Of a stretch of DNA of 64,000 nt, positions 1 through 13,300 are shown piece by piece. Position 1 is the stretch's first letter. Each line of letters opens with the position of its first letter. Below the pieces are notes generated by a model. That model saw only the letters and a list, made by a program, of their open reading frames with translations. It had not been told where the DNA came from and made no database searches. The translations under genes and the position numbers were made by a program. The stretch covers positions 11,921,309 through 11,985,308 of the forward strand of contig CM082591.2 in the NCBI GenBank assembly GCA_040954595.2, read 5' to 3'. Source of the DNA: Balanoglossus misakiensis. Lineage: Eukaryota; Animalia; Hemichordata.

Positions 1-248
1 TAAATATGTCAACTTATTATTTATATTCCCCTGTATATATTCCCCTGTAAATGTCTCATAATTTGAGGAATAATATTTTGGAAGCTGAACGGAAGTTGCA
101 ACTCAAATCAAATTTCAACTTCTCCAATATATGGAATAACACTATAAGCCTACTGACTTGAGAAACTCAAATTGAATTTCAAATTCTCGAACAAACGAAA
201 ATATGTTTGAATGTAAGTAATCTTACTATAAAATTGACATGCAATTAC

Positions 249-428
249 CTGTCGTTGGTGAAGCAAACTGAACAATGGACATGACAAATGATGTTTTCTG
301 TGTAGATTATAAATAAACTGACTCTCATCACTTGATGTTAGGATTTCTTGCATTGCCAGAATGATGTGATCACCAGAATTCTCTGATGAATCAAACAATT
401 TCAGCCTGGAGATTTCCCTGGACAGTGT
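249..428 (-). pseudogene. INTS1: INTS1 exon TLSREISRLK...LHRKHHLSCPLFSLLHQRQ (copies at 6257-6436, 13219-13398, 19560-19739)
   Basis: 180 bp, phase 0-0, cacag| acceptor and |gtaatt donor; resembles INTS1 MHRSHFLACPLLRQLCQYQ. Confidence 0.8.
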
Positions 429-1326
429 CTGTGTGAGAAATGATGGCAAAATATTAATATCATTTATTAGGAAACCTGGCCAGTCACTGAGAAATCTGTC
501 GGCCTTTACAAAGTATAGTTCATAATCTTCTCATAAAATGATAAAGTTGCCGCAAAGGTATACAGTCACCTATAATTTACATACGCCCATATATGGCTGA
601 AATGGCGTATTTGAGCGTTCTAAAGGACATATGGCGGCGCTCTTTTTTTCACGTGTGCCACCCACTGAAAATCTGTGATTGGCTAGATCTCAAGTTTACC
701 ATGGTAACTGTAGTTAAATTACCATAGGTGACAATATACCTTAACATATCATATTTCTTCTGGGAAGTGTAATTGTTTTAAGATCAAATATTACATGTAC
801 ATACCAATTGTATGCCTCTCAGATATTGTCTTTCCGTTGATGCACTCACTTTGTGCTCACCAATACTGAATAGCTGTAAATATAATCAAAGGAGAAGAAA
901 TCACTCACTCATTAGCAATGATACTGCAAAAGTGGAAGTGACTGATTTTGAGTCTGAAGTTGGAAAAGAGTCCCAGTACAGTGTAGAGAGGTTTCCAGAT
1001 TAGGTAGATTTTGCTGTCCAACCATTTTCACACAACGGCCATAAAACTTAAAGAAGAACTATTAAATTACCCAGCCTGATAAGTTTTGTGGTGTTTGGAA
1101 AGTCGTCCATGTCTGATGACACAAGATCAGCTTTTGATTGTAACATGAGACATGATCAGTTGTGTTTTGGTTCAAAAGAACATGACCTGGTTTAAGAAGC
1201 CTTGCAACTTCAGGTGACTACAGAAGGAGCTATACTGTGCCCATTGGCCTTGATTTGACTGAGAAACCGTGATTTACTGAAAAGCCACTTGGAAAAGGGT
1301 CCACTTTATTTCTAAACCAAACTTAC

Positions 1327-1454
1327 CTTCAGGAAGATCATCTTGGCTGACTCTTGACTATCTACAGTGACTTTTCTTGCATCCATCTTGGCTGCAACAT
1401 CTTTCTTTTCATCCACCTGCATTGCCTCACTTTTCTCCTCTTTCTTTTCCTCAT
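1327..1454 (-). pseudogene. INTS1: INTS1 exon DEEKKEEKSEAMQVDEKK...SAKMIFLK (copies 7335-7462, 14297-14424, 20642-20769)
   Basis: 128 bp, tttgcag| acceptor and |gtaagt donor; low-complexity linker that lies between recognisable INTS1 exons. Confidence 0.7.
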
Positions 1455-1736
1455 CTGCAAATAAAAATTGTGTTATGTCCAGGAAATATTATTTACTTTC
1501 TGAGAAGAAACTGGAATATCTAGCTTTGCAAATCAGTTAGTGAAATAAGAGAACGCAAACAATTAATTGTCATGAAATAGTCACCTCTGTTAATATCGCG
1601 AAAAATTTCCCATCACAAAAATTACCAAGATTACAGTAACCTAAAAATATAAAATCCTAATAATGTCCAAAGTTGAAGAATTCTATATGTATGACTTAAC
1701 TTTTGAGACACTATTTCACAACACAAATACTAGTAC

Positions 1737-1895
1737 CTTTGTTCTCTTTATCCAGGAATGAATTTTTTTCCACCTTCTGCTCCTCTCATCTGTTGAACTT
1801 CCACTAACTGAGCCATGTATCCTTTGTCAACCACAGCCTGTTCCATACTGTACAGATCTTGTCTGCAGGCCATGTCGAGATGCTGCAGTAGTTTG
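1737..1895 (-). pseudogene. INTS1: INTS1 exon SKLLQHLDMACRQDLYSMEQAVVDKGYMAQLVEVQQMRGAEGG (frameshifted near its 3' end; copies 7745-7903, 14707-14865; absent from copy A)
   Basis: Matches INTS1 SKLLQFLDQAV...MDKNYMAHLVEVQHERGASGG. The 159-bp length gives a phase mismatch with the next exon and an in-frame TAA. Confidence 0.9.
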
Positions 1896-2267
1896 CTGTG
1901 AAAAGAAACAGAAGTGTTACATGTGTATGTGTGTTACAGGGCCAGATCACGGCACATCATGACAAAATCTTTGTGAATATGGTGCTAGCATCATGTTTAT
2001 AGCAGATCATGTGTATTCATACTTGTGGGCCAAATGACCTTAATATGTGGTTTGTTGTATGACTTAATTATAACACACACACCCAGTTTTTTTAATAGTC
2101 CTGCTTGAAAGATCACAGAGTGTCTTTGGCTACTGAAAAGCACCACCACAATGAGAGATAACTCACAACACCGAAGAGTAAATCTCTAAAGTTGTAATTT
2201 AAACCAAGTATGGAAATTGGGATGTACGGTAGCTTTGATGAGGAATAATTCTAGAGTTACAACATAC

Positions 2268-2340
2268 CTCATGCTGTTGACTGGTATACCAAAGGACTGC
2301 ACAAACAAGACCAACTGAGCTGGTTCCAAGTCTTCCAGGG
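2268..2340 (-). pseudogene. INTS1: INTS1 exon ALEDLEPAQLVLFVQSFGIPVNSMS (copies 8276-8348, 15238-15310; absent from copy A)
   Basis: 73 bp, ttttcag| acceptor and |gtatgt donor; near-identical to INTS1 ALQDLEPQQLLLFVQSFGIPVSSMS. Confidence 0.93.
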
Positions 2341-2540
2341 CTGAAAAAAATGACAAATTCAGGATGAAAACAACAAAAGTTTGGTGAGAAAAGATCCCAA
2401 GTTGAATTGACACACAGATTGGCAGATATTTCCACGAAATATCACATGTAAATGGTGCAACAACAGATTAACCGATCAGGCCATGACAAATACTGCACCT
2501 CTTCACAAAAACTGCTGGGTTGCAATTTATAGCATAAAAT

Positions 2541-2672
2541 TACTGTAAAACAGGAAATTTTTGTGATATCACAAGAGAGCTGACTATTCCATTGCTCACA
2601 TTGTTTCTTTGCGACCATTTATTTTCACGTTTTTTGGCTCTCACGAAATTCGCAAAAATTTCCCCTTTTACA
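2541..2672. mobile_element. Small degenerate TA-flanked MITE (tactgtaaa...tttaca[gt]), Tc1/mariner-like; a related end lies at ~1590-1638
   Basis: Begins tactgtaaaacaggaaattttt and ends aaaaatttccccttttaca, which are imperfect inverted termini; the intact end tttacagt is seen at 21028-21035. Confidence 0.5.
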
Positions 2673-3970
2673 ATAGTATGGTTGGATCTATACAATGTAT
2701 ACATTGAATGGGGATGAACACTGGACAGTGGAGCATTCTATATTAAAATTTGGGAAAACATTGAAGCCATATTAAGGTCATACTTGATTAAGCTGAAAGT
2801 CGGCACAGAATAAATTTGAAATTCAATTGGCTACAAAAATTGACTTTTCTGCCATTCTGAGATCTCCATGCTGAGCTCAATTATGTTGCTGCTTCATATA
2901 GTGGTCAGCAATAAAAACTTACTACTGTTACAGTGGTTATACATGTAACTCTTATTAAATGTTTGTTTTTTTCTTGTTTTATCATGAAATCTGACAATAT
3001 CACGAAATCTGACTGTGGGTGGCACGACAGAATAAAACTGGTTTTCGTCTCAACTTTTGTACATGTAGTGACACAATGAAAGAATGACAGAGAAACTGCT
3101 AACAGACAGATTATTATATATTTTTTTACCTTTTCATGTCACTTTTATAAAACACTGCATGGCAACAAATGTGAACCATGAACAATTTGCAAGACAATGA
3201 ACTAGAAGTTGAACGAGATTTGAAGACCTGCTCTGGAAGTAATTGATTGACACTCACCCATGAGTAAGATTCCGCATGGGGCTGTGTGGCTTTCTTCAAG
3301 TAATTGTAGAATATATGTAACATGGATGTCAGTGTACATAGTGTTGGTCTGGTCGGCACTGGTGTCTCTACACAGCATGGAGCTGAGTATGGTGGGCCTT
3401 TCTACAATCAACTGAGCTAAATGTGACAATGTGTAATTAAAGAGAAATATACAGTCAGTGGAGTAAAGGGTATAACACAATCATACTGATGGAATTCTCA
3501 CTACCTGAAATAGGTTTTTGCTACCTAGGTGAGTGATGAATAAAGGTCTAATGTCCTCTCTGATATAACATACTAGTGTATGGTAAATGTCTTTCAGAGA
3601 TCTACACATTAAAGGGACAAACTCTCTACAGATAATTCATTTTGGGGAGATTTTTACTCTCATATCCTACAAACGGGATGGAAGTTGTGTGTGGTCGAAC
3701 ATTGATTCACTATATATCCACATGTAGAATAACATAAATGGTGTCTTGTATCAAACATAATGTATGGAAAAAGGGCAGCGAGAGAGAGACTTTGTCCCTT
3801 TAAATATCATAGCTGGCATACAGTTATAAATATGCATTTTTTGATTTATGTCTTGCAAGTACAAAACTGTTCTTTATTAAAAAGAAATACAGACAAGGTG
3901 ATCCCAGGAACATAAAACCCAAAACTCAAAGCTACCAGACAGATGAGTCTTGAGATAAACTTGGACTTAC

Positions 3971-4124
3971 TTGTCAATCAATCTGGACTGCTCTTGTAAC
4001 AACAACTCACTCAATGCTTCACTGGTGCTGGATGATTTTGTTGGCACTTGCATAGCAACAGATAAGGCTTTATTCAGAAACTCTTCTAGTTGGCTGGAAT
4101 TGGCGCCTGTCAGCTGGTGATACA
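3971..4124 (-). pseudogene. INTS1: INTS1 exon VYHQLTGANSSQLEEFLNKALS...ALSELLLQEQSRLIDK (copies 10933-11086, 16939-17092)
   Basis: 154 bp, phases 1 and 2 fit both neighbouring exons; resembles INTS1 SPHLEELLTAFFS...VSSLLLQEE. Confidence 0.8.
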
Positions 4125-4797
4125 CTGCATATGGTGCAAAGTCAAACAAAATTCACCCAATCATAAAATGTATCATTAACATGATCATACCATAAAATAT
4201 GTGAATGAATTACAATTATAGCGTGCGCATATTGAATCATACGAAATCACACCAAATAACGCGAGACTTAGAAATAACATTACATGTGTATGGTGCCACT
4301 TAAACGACACCATTTATTCTTTTTGAGCCTAAATCATGTTTAACCACAACTAGACAACCACAATGACCTTGTGAGAATGAAACCCACCAATAAATACATG
4401 TAGATAATCTGAAGCTATCACAGAAACAGAATGTCTTTGACAAAGTATTGCAAAGCCTTCAGTTGACCGCGAAAAAGTTGACGAAGCATGCATGTGGAAA
4501 GTGGAGTGTTGACAACAATGTGAATATATGCACGATAGCTTGCTGCGCTCGCACTCAGGTCAAACCTGTTACATATTACCAAAAATGTGGATCTATATAA
4601 TTAACATTGGGTCCGTTCCTTCTTATCCCACTCGTGTTTCTGTTTGTTTGGTGAGAATATCTAATAGGTTAGCCCCTTTCACTCCCAGTTCCTTCTTTAG
4701 AGGTCCAACCTTACCATAGAAAACGATGGGTTTGGACAGGAACATGGCGGTGAAAGGGTTCAGGTGCTTGAGGGAGTGTTAAAAATGCAGACTTTAC

Positions 4798-4923
4798 CTT
4801 TCTATAACATGTCTCTATCTACAGCCATCCGTCCCTCAGTGACGGCTTCAATGATTTCACTCACTTCATCCAAGTTGCCACCACTGGCTTTGATGGGACT
4901 TTTCTCACTGCTCAGGGATTTCG
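4798..4923 (-). pseudogene. INTS1: INTS1 exon AKSLSSEKSPIK...VTEGRMAVDRDML*K with in-frame TAG (copies 11760-11885, 17766-17891)
   Basis: 126 bp, phase 1-1, ccttccag| acceptor and |gtaaag donor; TAG at 4802-4804 is present in all three copies. Confidence 0.7.
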
Positions 4924-5494
4924 CTGGAAGGAAGGACGTAAGACTGGAATTAAGGCATACGTCCCTACATAAAGGGAGGACATTTGGACATGATACCACA
5001 AATGGTTAATGGAGTTTCTGGGAAGGTTTTCAAATTCCAGGAATTTCCAGGAGTGTACGAATCCAGTTAAGAATTCTTTATGTCATGTGATCTGGCCATG
5101 TGACCTGCAGCATTGTCATTTCCAGGTGACGGCAAACAACATAGTGGCATCCAGTAAAAGTTTTCCACGTATGTAAGTACTTAAGAACCGCCAGACATGT
5201 AACATGTATCAGGTATAGTACCTCATCAGCCTCATGGCATTTTGTCTGCACAGTCTTTGTCTGCACCACGTTGCTGAAGTTGCCTGTCATCTGGAAAATT
5301 GAATGCCAACGTATTTGCGCTTGAGCGCGTCTGGCGTCTTTTGATATCAAAGAATAAATGCATTGTACAAACTTGAAACTATGTAGAATTTTTCTATTTA
5401 TCCTGTGTGATATAGTGAAAACGCTCAAGTTACAGTTTGTGTATGGTTTTGAGAATTATTTCACTGCTTGAGGTAAGTGAAATAAACAGCTCAC

Positions 5495-5627
5495 CTTGTT
5501 GTCTGTTGACTTTTTCATACTGGTTGAGAAGTTTTGTAAACACACTGTTTTCAGACTTTGATGAACTCAAAATTGCAGACACTAGCTGGACAAATCTCAT
5601 CATATCTTCCTTCTTTTCAAGATGTTT
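5495..5627 (-). pseudogene. INTS1: INTS1 exon KHLEKKEDMMRFVQLVSAILSS...QYEKVNRQQ (copies 12457-12589, 18463-18595; the last has an extra TAG)
   Basis: 133 bp, phase 0-1, catttag| acceptor and |gtgagc donor; phases are consistent with the flanking exons. Confidence 0.7.
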
Positions 5628-8600
5628 CTAAATGATATAAAGGAGTGAGAGTGAGAATTGTGCATGATTATGTCAGTTTTGAACTTTCATGTCTGTTTTG
5701 GACTGAGAGCTGTTGAATGAGAGAGAGAGAGGGAGAGAGAGATCGCGCTCGAACAATCAGGGGGTCACGCAGACGTAATCTTTTCATTGGCGTGATACTG
5801 ATATCACCACGTAACTTGCAATTCCCAAGAGTGCGACTGTACATACGTAAACTGTATCAAATTCAACTCATTCACGTCATATGAGAGGAGGTATACCGTG
5901 CGAATGCGAGCGCTGGGGGAACCGGGTACCGCCTACTTGAAATGGACCTCTTCCCTTAGTGAAGTCAAATAATCATAATTATCTATCATGTAAGAAGTCA
6001 AAAATGTAAGAGAATGTTTTAATAAATATGTCAACTTATTATTTATATTCCCCTGTAAATGTCTCATAATTTGAGGAATAATATTTTGGAAGCTGAACGG
6101 AAGTTGCAACTCAAATCAAATTTCAACTTCTCCAATATATGGAATAACACTATAAGCCTACTGACTTGAGAAACTCCAATTGAATTTCAAATTCTCGAAC
6201 AAACGAAAATATGTTTGAATGTAAGTAATCTTACTATAAAATTGACATGCAATTACCTGTCGTTGGTGAAGCAAACTGAACAATGGACATGACAAATGAT
6301 GTTTTCTGTGTAGATTATAAATAAACTGACTCTCATCACTTGATGTTAGGATTTCTTGCATTGCCAGAATGATGTGATCACCAGAATTCTCTGATGAATC
6401 AAACAATTTCAGCCTGGAGATTTCCCTGGACAGTGTCTGTGTGAGAAATGATGGCAAAATATTAATATCATTTATTAGGAAACCTGGCCAGTCACTGAGA
6501 AATCTGTCGGCCTTTACAAAGTATAGTTCATAATCTTCTCATAAAATGATAAAGTTGCCGCAAAGGTATACAGTCACCTATAATTTACATACGCCCATAT
6601 ATGGCTGAAATGGCGTATTTGAGCGTTCTAAAGGACATATGGCGGCGCTCTTTTTTTCGCGTGTGCCACCCACTGAAAATCTGTGATTGGCTAGATCTCA
6701 AGTTTACCATGGTAACTGTAGTTAAATTACCATAGGTGACAATATACCTTAACATATCATATTTCTTCTGGGAAGTGTAATTGTTTTAAGATCAAATATT
6801 ACATGTACATACCAATTGTATGCCTCTCAGATATTGTCTTTCCGTTGATGCACTCACTTTGTGCTCACCAATACTGAATAGCTGTAAATATAATCAAAGG
6901 AGAAGAAATCACTCACTCATTAGCAATGATACTGCAAAAGTGGAAGTGACTGATTTTGAGTCTGAAGTTGGAAAAGAGTCCCAGTACAGTGTAGAGAGGT
7001 TTCCAGATTAGGTAGATTTTGCTGTCCAACCATTTTCACACAACGGCCATAAAACTTAAAGAAGAACTATTAAATTACCCAGCCTGATAAGTTTTGTGGT
7101 GTTTGGAAAGTCGTCCATGTCTGATGACACAAGATCAGCTTTTGATTGTAACATGAGACATGATCAGTTGTGTTTTGGTTCAAAAGAACATGACCTGGTT
7201 TAAGAAGCCTTGCAACTTCAGGTGACTACAGAAGGAGCTATACTGTGCCCATTGGCCTTGATTTGACTGAGAAACCATGATTTACTGAAAAGCCACTTGG
7301 AAAAGGGTCCACTTTATTTCTAAACCAAACTTACCTTCAGGAAGATCATCTTGGCTGACTCTTGACTATCTACAGTGACTTTTCTTGCATCCATCTTGGC
7401 TGCAACATCTTTCTTTTCATCCACCTGCATTGCCTCACTTTTCTCCTCTTTCTTTTCCTCATCTGCAAATAAAAATTGTGTTATGTCCAGGAAATATTAT
7501 TTACTTTCTGAGAAGAAACTGGAATATCTAGCTTTGCAAATCAGTTAGTGAAATAAGAGAACGCAAACAATTAATTGTCATGAAATAGTCACCTCTGTTA
7601 ATATCGCGAAAAATTTCCCATCACAAAAATTACCAAGATTACAGTAACCTAAAAATATAAAATCCTAATAATGTCCAAAGTTGAAGAATTCTATATGTAT
7701 GACTTAACTTTTGAGACACTATTTCACAACACAAATACTAGTACCTTTGTTCTCTTTATCCAGGAATGAATTTTTTTCCACCTTCTGCTCCTCTCATCTG
7801 TTGAACTTCCACTAACTGAGCCATGTATCCTTTGTCAACCACAGCCTGTTCCATACTGTACAGATCTTGTCTGCAGGCCATGTCGAGATGCTGCAGTAGT
7901 TTGCTGTGAAAAGAAACAGAAGTGTTACATGTGTATGTGTGTTACAGGGCCAGATCACGGCACATCATGACAAAATCTTTGTGAATATGGTGCTAGCATC
8001 ATGTTTATAGCAGATCATGTGTATTCATACTTGTGGGCCAAATGACCTTAATATGTGGTTTGTTGTATGACTTAATTATAACACACACACCCAGTTTTTT
8101 TAATAGTCCTGCTTGAAAGATCACAGAGTGTCTTTGGCTACTGAAAAGCACCACCACAATGAGAGATAACTCACAACACCGAAGAGTAAATCTCTAAAGT
8201 TGTAATTTAAACCAAGTATGGAAATTGGGATGTACGGTAGCTTTGATGAGGAATAATTCTAGAGTTACAACATACCTCATGCTGTTGACTGGTATACCAA
8301 AGGACTGCACAAACAAGACCAACTGAGCTGGTTCCAAGTCTTCCAGGGCTGAAAAAAATGACAAATTCAGGATGAAAACAACAAAAGTTTGGTGAGAAAA
8401 GATCCCAAGTTGAATTGACACACAGATTGGCAGATATTTCCACGAAATATCACATGTAAATGGTGCAACAACAGATTAACCGATCAGGCCATGACAAATA
8501 CTGCACCTCTTCACAAAAACTGCTGGGTTGCAATTTATAGCATAAAATTACTGTAAAACAGGAAATTTTTGTGATATCACAAGAGAGCTGACTATTCCAT

Positions 8601-9262
8601 TGCTCACATTGTTTCTTTGCGACCATTTATTTTCACGTTTTTTGGCTCTCACGAAATTCGCAAAATTTTCCCCTTTTACAATAGTATGGTTGGATCTATA
8701 CAATGTATACATTGAATGGGGATGAACACTGGACAGTGGAGCATTCTATATTAAAATTTGGGAAAACATTGAAGCCATATTAAGGTCATACTTGATTAAG
8801 CTGAAAGACGGCACAGAATAAATTTGAAATTTAATTGGCTACAAAAATTGACTTTTCTGCCATTCTGAGATCTCCATGCTGAGTTCAATTATGTTGCTGC
8901 TTCATATAGTGGTCAGCAATAAAAACTTACTACTGTTACAGTGGTTATACATGTAACTCTTATTAAATGTTTTTTTTCTTGTTTTATCATGAAATCTGAC
9001 AATATCACGAAATCTGACTGTGGGTGGCACGACAGAATAAAACTGGTTTTCGTCTCAACTTTTGTACATGTAGTGACACAATGAAAGAATGACAGAGAAA
9101 CTGCTAACAGACAGATTATTATATATTTTTTTACCTTTTCATGTCACTTTTATAAAACACTGCATGGCAACAAATGTGAACCATGAACAATTTGCAAGAC
9201 AATGAACTAGAAGTTGAACGAGATTTGAAGACCTGCTCTGGAAGTAATTGATTGACACTCAC

Positions 9263-9428
9263 CCATGAGTAAGATTCCGCATGGGGCTGTGTGGCTTTCT
9301 TCAAGTAATTGTAGAATATATGTAACATGGATGTCAGTGTACATAGTGTTGGTCTGGTCGGCACTGGTGTCTCTACACAGCATGGAGCTGAGTATGGTGG
9401 GCCTTTCTACAATCAACTGAGCTAAATC
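9263..9428 (-). pseudogene. INTS1: INTS1 exon DLAQLIVERPTILSSML...MLHIFYNYLKKATQPHAESYSW with a 4-nt insertion frameshift (copies 3258-3422 and 16226-16390 lack the acceptor; 22582-22742 lacks the insertion but is 1 nt short)
   Basis: Matches INTS1 DVARLVVERSTIMS...EEVYSW; 166 bp versus 162 bp for an in-frame exon; extra cata relative to copy A. Confidence 0.88.
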
Positions 9429-9767
9429 CTAGAATCAGAAAGGTAGCAGTGAAGTAAAATCAAATATGTTTGTCAAAACAACAACAACAATAACAACACA
9501 CATAATCATATTCAAATAAAAATCACTTGGTTCATGCTTAGAACTTTCTATAAACTTACTCTTTTTTTTTTTGCACATACTCCAATGAAAATACTGTTTG
9601 ATATATAGATCACAGACTTTTGCATTTTCAACTGTTTTTGTTCTAATACTATTTGTGTGTAGCCCTCACCCAGAACCTGTATGTATGATTCACAATCATA
9701 TGTCTTTATTTGTTTCTACCAGAGGTCTCCACGACTCATACTGGAAATACACAAATCATCATCTTAC

Positions 9768-9872
9768 CAATGCAAGGTCGGCCATTTCATGAAGCTGATT
9801 GGTCGAAGAATATTTGGAGAGGAACATGATGTACGCACTGATGGTGAGTGGCTCTGTTTCCATCTGGCAAGC
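9768..9872 (-). pseudogene. INTS1: INTS1 exon ACQMETEPLTISAYIMFLSKYSSTNQLHEMADLAL (copy 23164-23268)
   Basis: 105 bp, phase 0-0, |gtaaga donor; matches INTS1 AIHMETDPQTISAYLIYLSQH...SDLAL. Confidence 0.88.
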
Positions 9873-10136
9873 CTTAGGACTAACAGCACATCGCTCACTG
9901 TGTTAAACGGCACAAAAGTTACAATTTCTGTCAAACTCTGCACCTATTCTAGTTTCCCCCCAAAAAATTCACGAAAATGGCAAGCTAGACTTCAGTGTTA
10001 TATCGAAATTCTACATTAAATTAAGCACTAAGCCTCATATATTGGCAACTCATTCTCCACATGAGGCATTTTCAGATCTTTACACGATTTTCTGTGTACA
10101 AAGATCAACCTGAAGAAGTATGATACAATTTCTCAC

Positions 10137-10388
10137 CTAGTTGAGTCTGTCCTTGGTTTGAGTAACCAATCGATACATTTATGCAAAGTCTGCCAATTAC
10201 TCTGGTGGCTCAACAGTGCCAGCAAATAAGCACTGCACGAACTTTGAACTTTGCCCTCTGTTCTGGGTTTGTGCGTCTTGACAAAGAGTAACTGGTGTTG
10301 CAGTTGAGGGCAACTTTGCACAATCTCGGGGTCCAGGAGATCCAGCCAATCAATAAGCAGCCCTGCCGTTGACCAGCCTAATTCGCAT
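10137..10388 (-). pseudogene. INTS1: INTS1 exon CELGWSTAGLLIDWLDLLDPEIVQSCPQLQHQLLF...YLLALLSHQSNWQTLHKCIDWLLKPRTDSTR (only in copy B)
   Basis: 252 bp open exon with GT-AG; matches INTS1 SGLLVDWLEMLDPEVVSSCPDLQLRLLF...YLLTLFTHQSSWPTLHQCI. Confidence 0.92.
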
Positions 10389-13300
10389 CTGTGTGTAATT
10401 AAAGAGAAATATACAGTCAGTGGAGTAAAGGGTATAACACAATCATACTGATGGAATTCTCACTACCTGAAATAGGTTTTTGCTACCTAGGTGAGTGATG
10501 AATAAAGGTCTAATGTCCTCTCTGATATAACATACTAGTGTATGGTAAATGTCTTTCAGAGATCTACACATTAAAGGGACAAACTCTCTACAGTTAATTC
10601 ATTTTGGGGAGATTTTTACTCTCATATCCTACAAACGGGATGGAAGTTGTGTGTGGTCGAACATTGATTCACTATATATCCACATGTAGAATAACATAAA
10701 TGGTGTCTTGTATCAAACATAATGTATGGAAAAAGGGCAGCGAGAGAGAGACTTTGTCCCTTTAAATATCATAGCTGGCATACAGTTATAAATATGCATT
10801 TTTTGATTTATGTCTTGCAAGTACAAAACTGTTCTTTATTAAAAAGAAATACAGACAAGGTGATCCCAGGAACATAAAACCCAAAACTCAAAGCTACCAG
10901 ACAGATGAGTCTTGAGATAAACTTGGACTTACTTGTCAATCAATCTGGACTGCTCTTGTAACAACAACTCACTCAATGCTTCACTGGTGCTGGATGATTT
11001 TGTTGGCACTTGCATAGCAACAGATAAGGCTTTATTCAGAAACTCTTCTAGTTGGCTGGAATTGGCGCCTGTCAGCTGGTGATACACTGCATATGGTGCA
11101 AAGTCAAACAAAATTCACCCAATCATAAAATGTATCATTAACATGATCATACCATAAAAAATGTGAATGAATTACAATTATAGCGTGCGCATATTGAATA
11201 ACACGAAATCACACCAAATAACGCGAGACTTAGAAATAACATTACATGTGTATGGTGCCACTTAAACGACACCATTTATTCTTTTTGAGCCTAAATCATG
11301 TTTAACCACAACTAGACAACCACAATGACCTTGTGAGAATGAAACCCACCAATAAATACATGTAGATAATCTGAAGCTATCACAGAAACAGAATGTCTTT
11401 GACAAAGTATTGCAAAGCCTTCAGTTGACCGCGAAAAAGTTGACGAAGCATGCATGTGGAAAGTGGAGTGTTGACAACAATGTGAATATATGCACGATAG
11501 CTTGCTGCGCTCGCACTCAGGTCAAACCTGTTACATATTACCAAAAATGTGGATCTATATAATTAACATTGGGTCCGTTCCTTCTTATCCCACTCGTGCT
11601 TCTGTTTGTTTGGTGAGAATATCTAATAGGTTAGCCCCTTTCACTCCCAGTTCCTTCTTTAGAGGTCCAACCTTACCATAGAAAACGATGGGTTTGGACT
11701 GGAACATGGCGGTGAAAGGGTTCAGGTGCTTGAGGGAGTGTTAAAAATGCAGACTTTACCTTTCTATAACATGTCTCTATCTACAGCCATCCGTCCCTCA
11801 GTGACGGCTTCAATGATTTCACTCACTTCATCCAAGTTGCCACCACTGGCTTTGATGGGACTTTTCTCACTGCTCAGGGATTTCGCTGGAAGGAAGGACG
11901 TAAGACTGGAATTAAGGCATACGTCCCTACATAAAGGGAGGACATTTGGACATGATACCACAAATGGTTAATGGAGTTTCTGGGAAGGTTTTCAAATTCC
12001 AGGAATTTCCAGGAGTGTACGAATCCAGTTAAGAATTCTTTATGTCATGTGATCTGGCCATGTGACCTGCAGCATTGTCATTTCCAGGTGACAGCAAACA
12101 ACATAGTGGCATCCAGTAAAAGTTTTCCACGTATGTAAGTACTTAAGAACCGCCAGACATGTAACATGTATCAGGTATAGTACCTCATCAGCCTCATGGC
12201 ATTTTGTCTGCACAGTCTTTGTCTGCACCACGTTGCTGAAGTTGCATGTCATCTGGAAAATTGAATGCCAACGTATTTGCGCTTGAGCGCGTCTGGCGTC
12301 TTTTGATATCAAAGAATAAATGCATTGTACAAACTTGAAACTATGTAGAATTTTTCTATTTATCCTGTGTGATATAGTGAAAACGCTCAAGTTACAGTTT
12401 GTGTATGGTTTTGAGAATTATTTCACTGCTTGAGGTAAGTGAAATAAACAGCTCACCTTGTTGTCTGTTGACTTTTTCATACTGGTTGAGAAGTTTTGTA
12501 AACACACTGTTTTCAGACTTTGATGAACTCAAAATTGCAGACACTAGCTGGACAAATCTCATCATATCTTCCTTCTTTTCAAGATGTTTCTAAATGATAT
12601 AAAGGAGTGAGAGTGAGAATTGTGCATGATTATGTCAGTTTTGAACTTTCATGTCTGTTTTGGACTGAGAGCTGTTGAATGAGAGAGAGAGAGGGAGAGA
12701 GAGATCACGCTCGAACAATCAGGGGGTCACGCAGACGTAATCTTTTCATTGGCGTGATACTGATATCACCACGTAACTTGCAATTCCCAAGAGTGCGACT
12801 GTACGTACGTAAACTGTATCAAATTCAACTCATTCACGTCATATGAGAGGAGGTATACCGTGCGAATGCGAGCGCTGGGGGAACCGGGTACCGCCTACTT
12901 GAAATGGACCTCTTCCCTTAGTGAAGTCAAATAATCATAATTATCTATCATGTAAGAAGTCAAAAATGTAAGAGAATGTTTTAATAAATATGTCAACTTA
13001 TTATTTATATTCCCCTGTAAATGTCTCATAATTTGAGGAATAATATTTTGGAAGCTGAACGGAAGTTGCAACTCAAATCAAATTTCAACTTCTCCAATAT
13101 AGGGAATAACACTATAAGCCTACTGACTTGAGAAACTCAAATTGAATTTCAAACTCTCGAACAAACGAAAATATGTTTGAATGTAAGTAATCTTACTATA
13201 AAATTAACATGCAATTACCTGTCGTTGGTGAAGCAAACTGAACAATGGACATGACAAATGATGTTTTCTGTGTAGATTATAAATAAACTGACTCTCATCA

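Noticed and set aside
812-1260. Plus-strand ORFs 812-1003 and 20322-20510
   Set aside because: Short and intronic, with no motif I recognise; they recur only because of the duplication.
5222-5290. Possible extra INTS1 exon (cag|ATGACAGGC...GAG|gtac)
   Set aside because: In the phase required by its neighbours it has three TGAs, and the flanking exons splice in frame without it.
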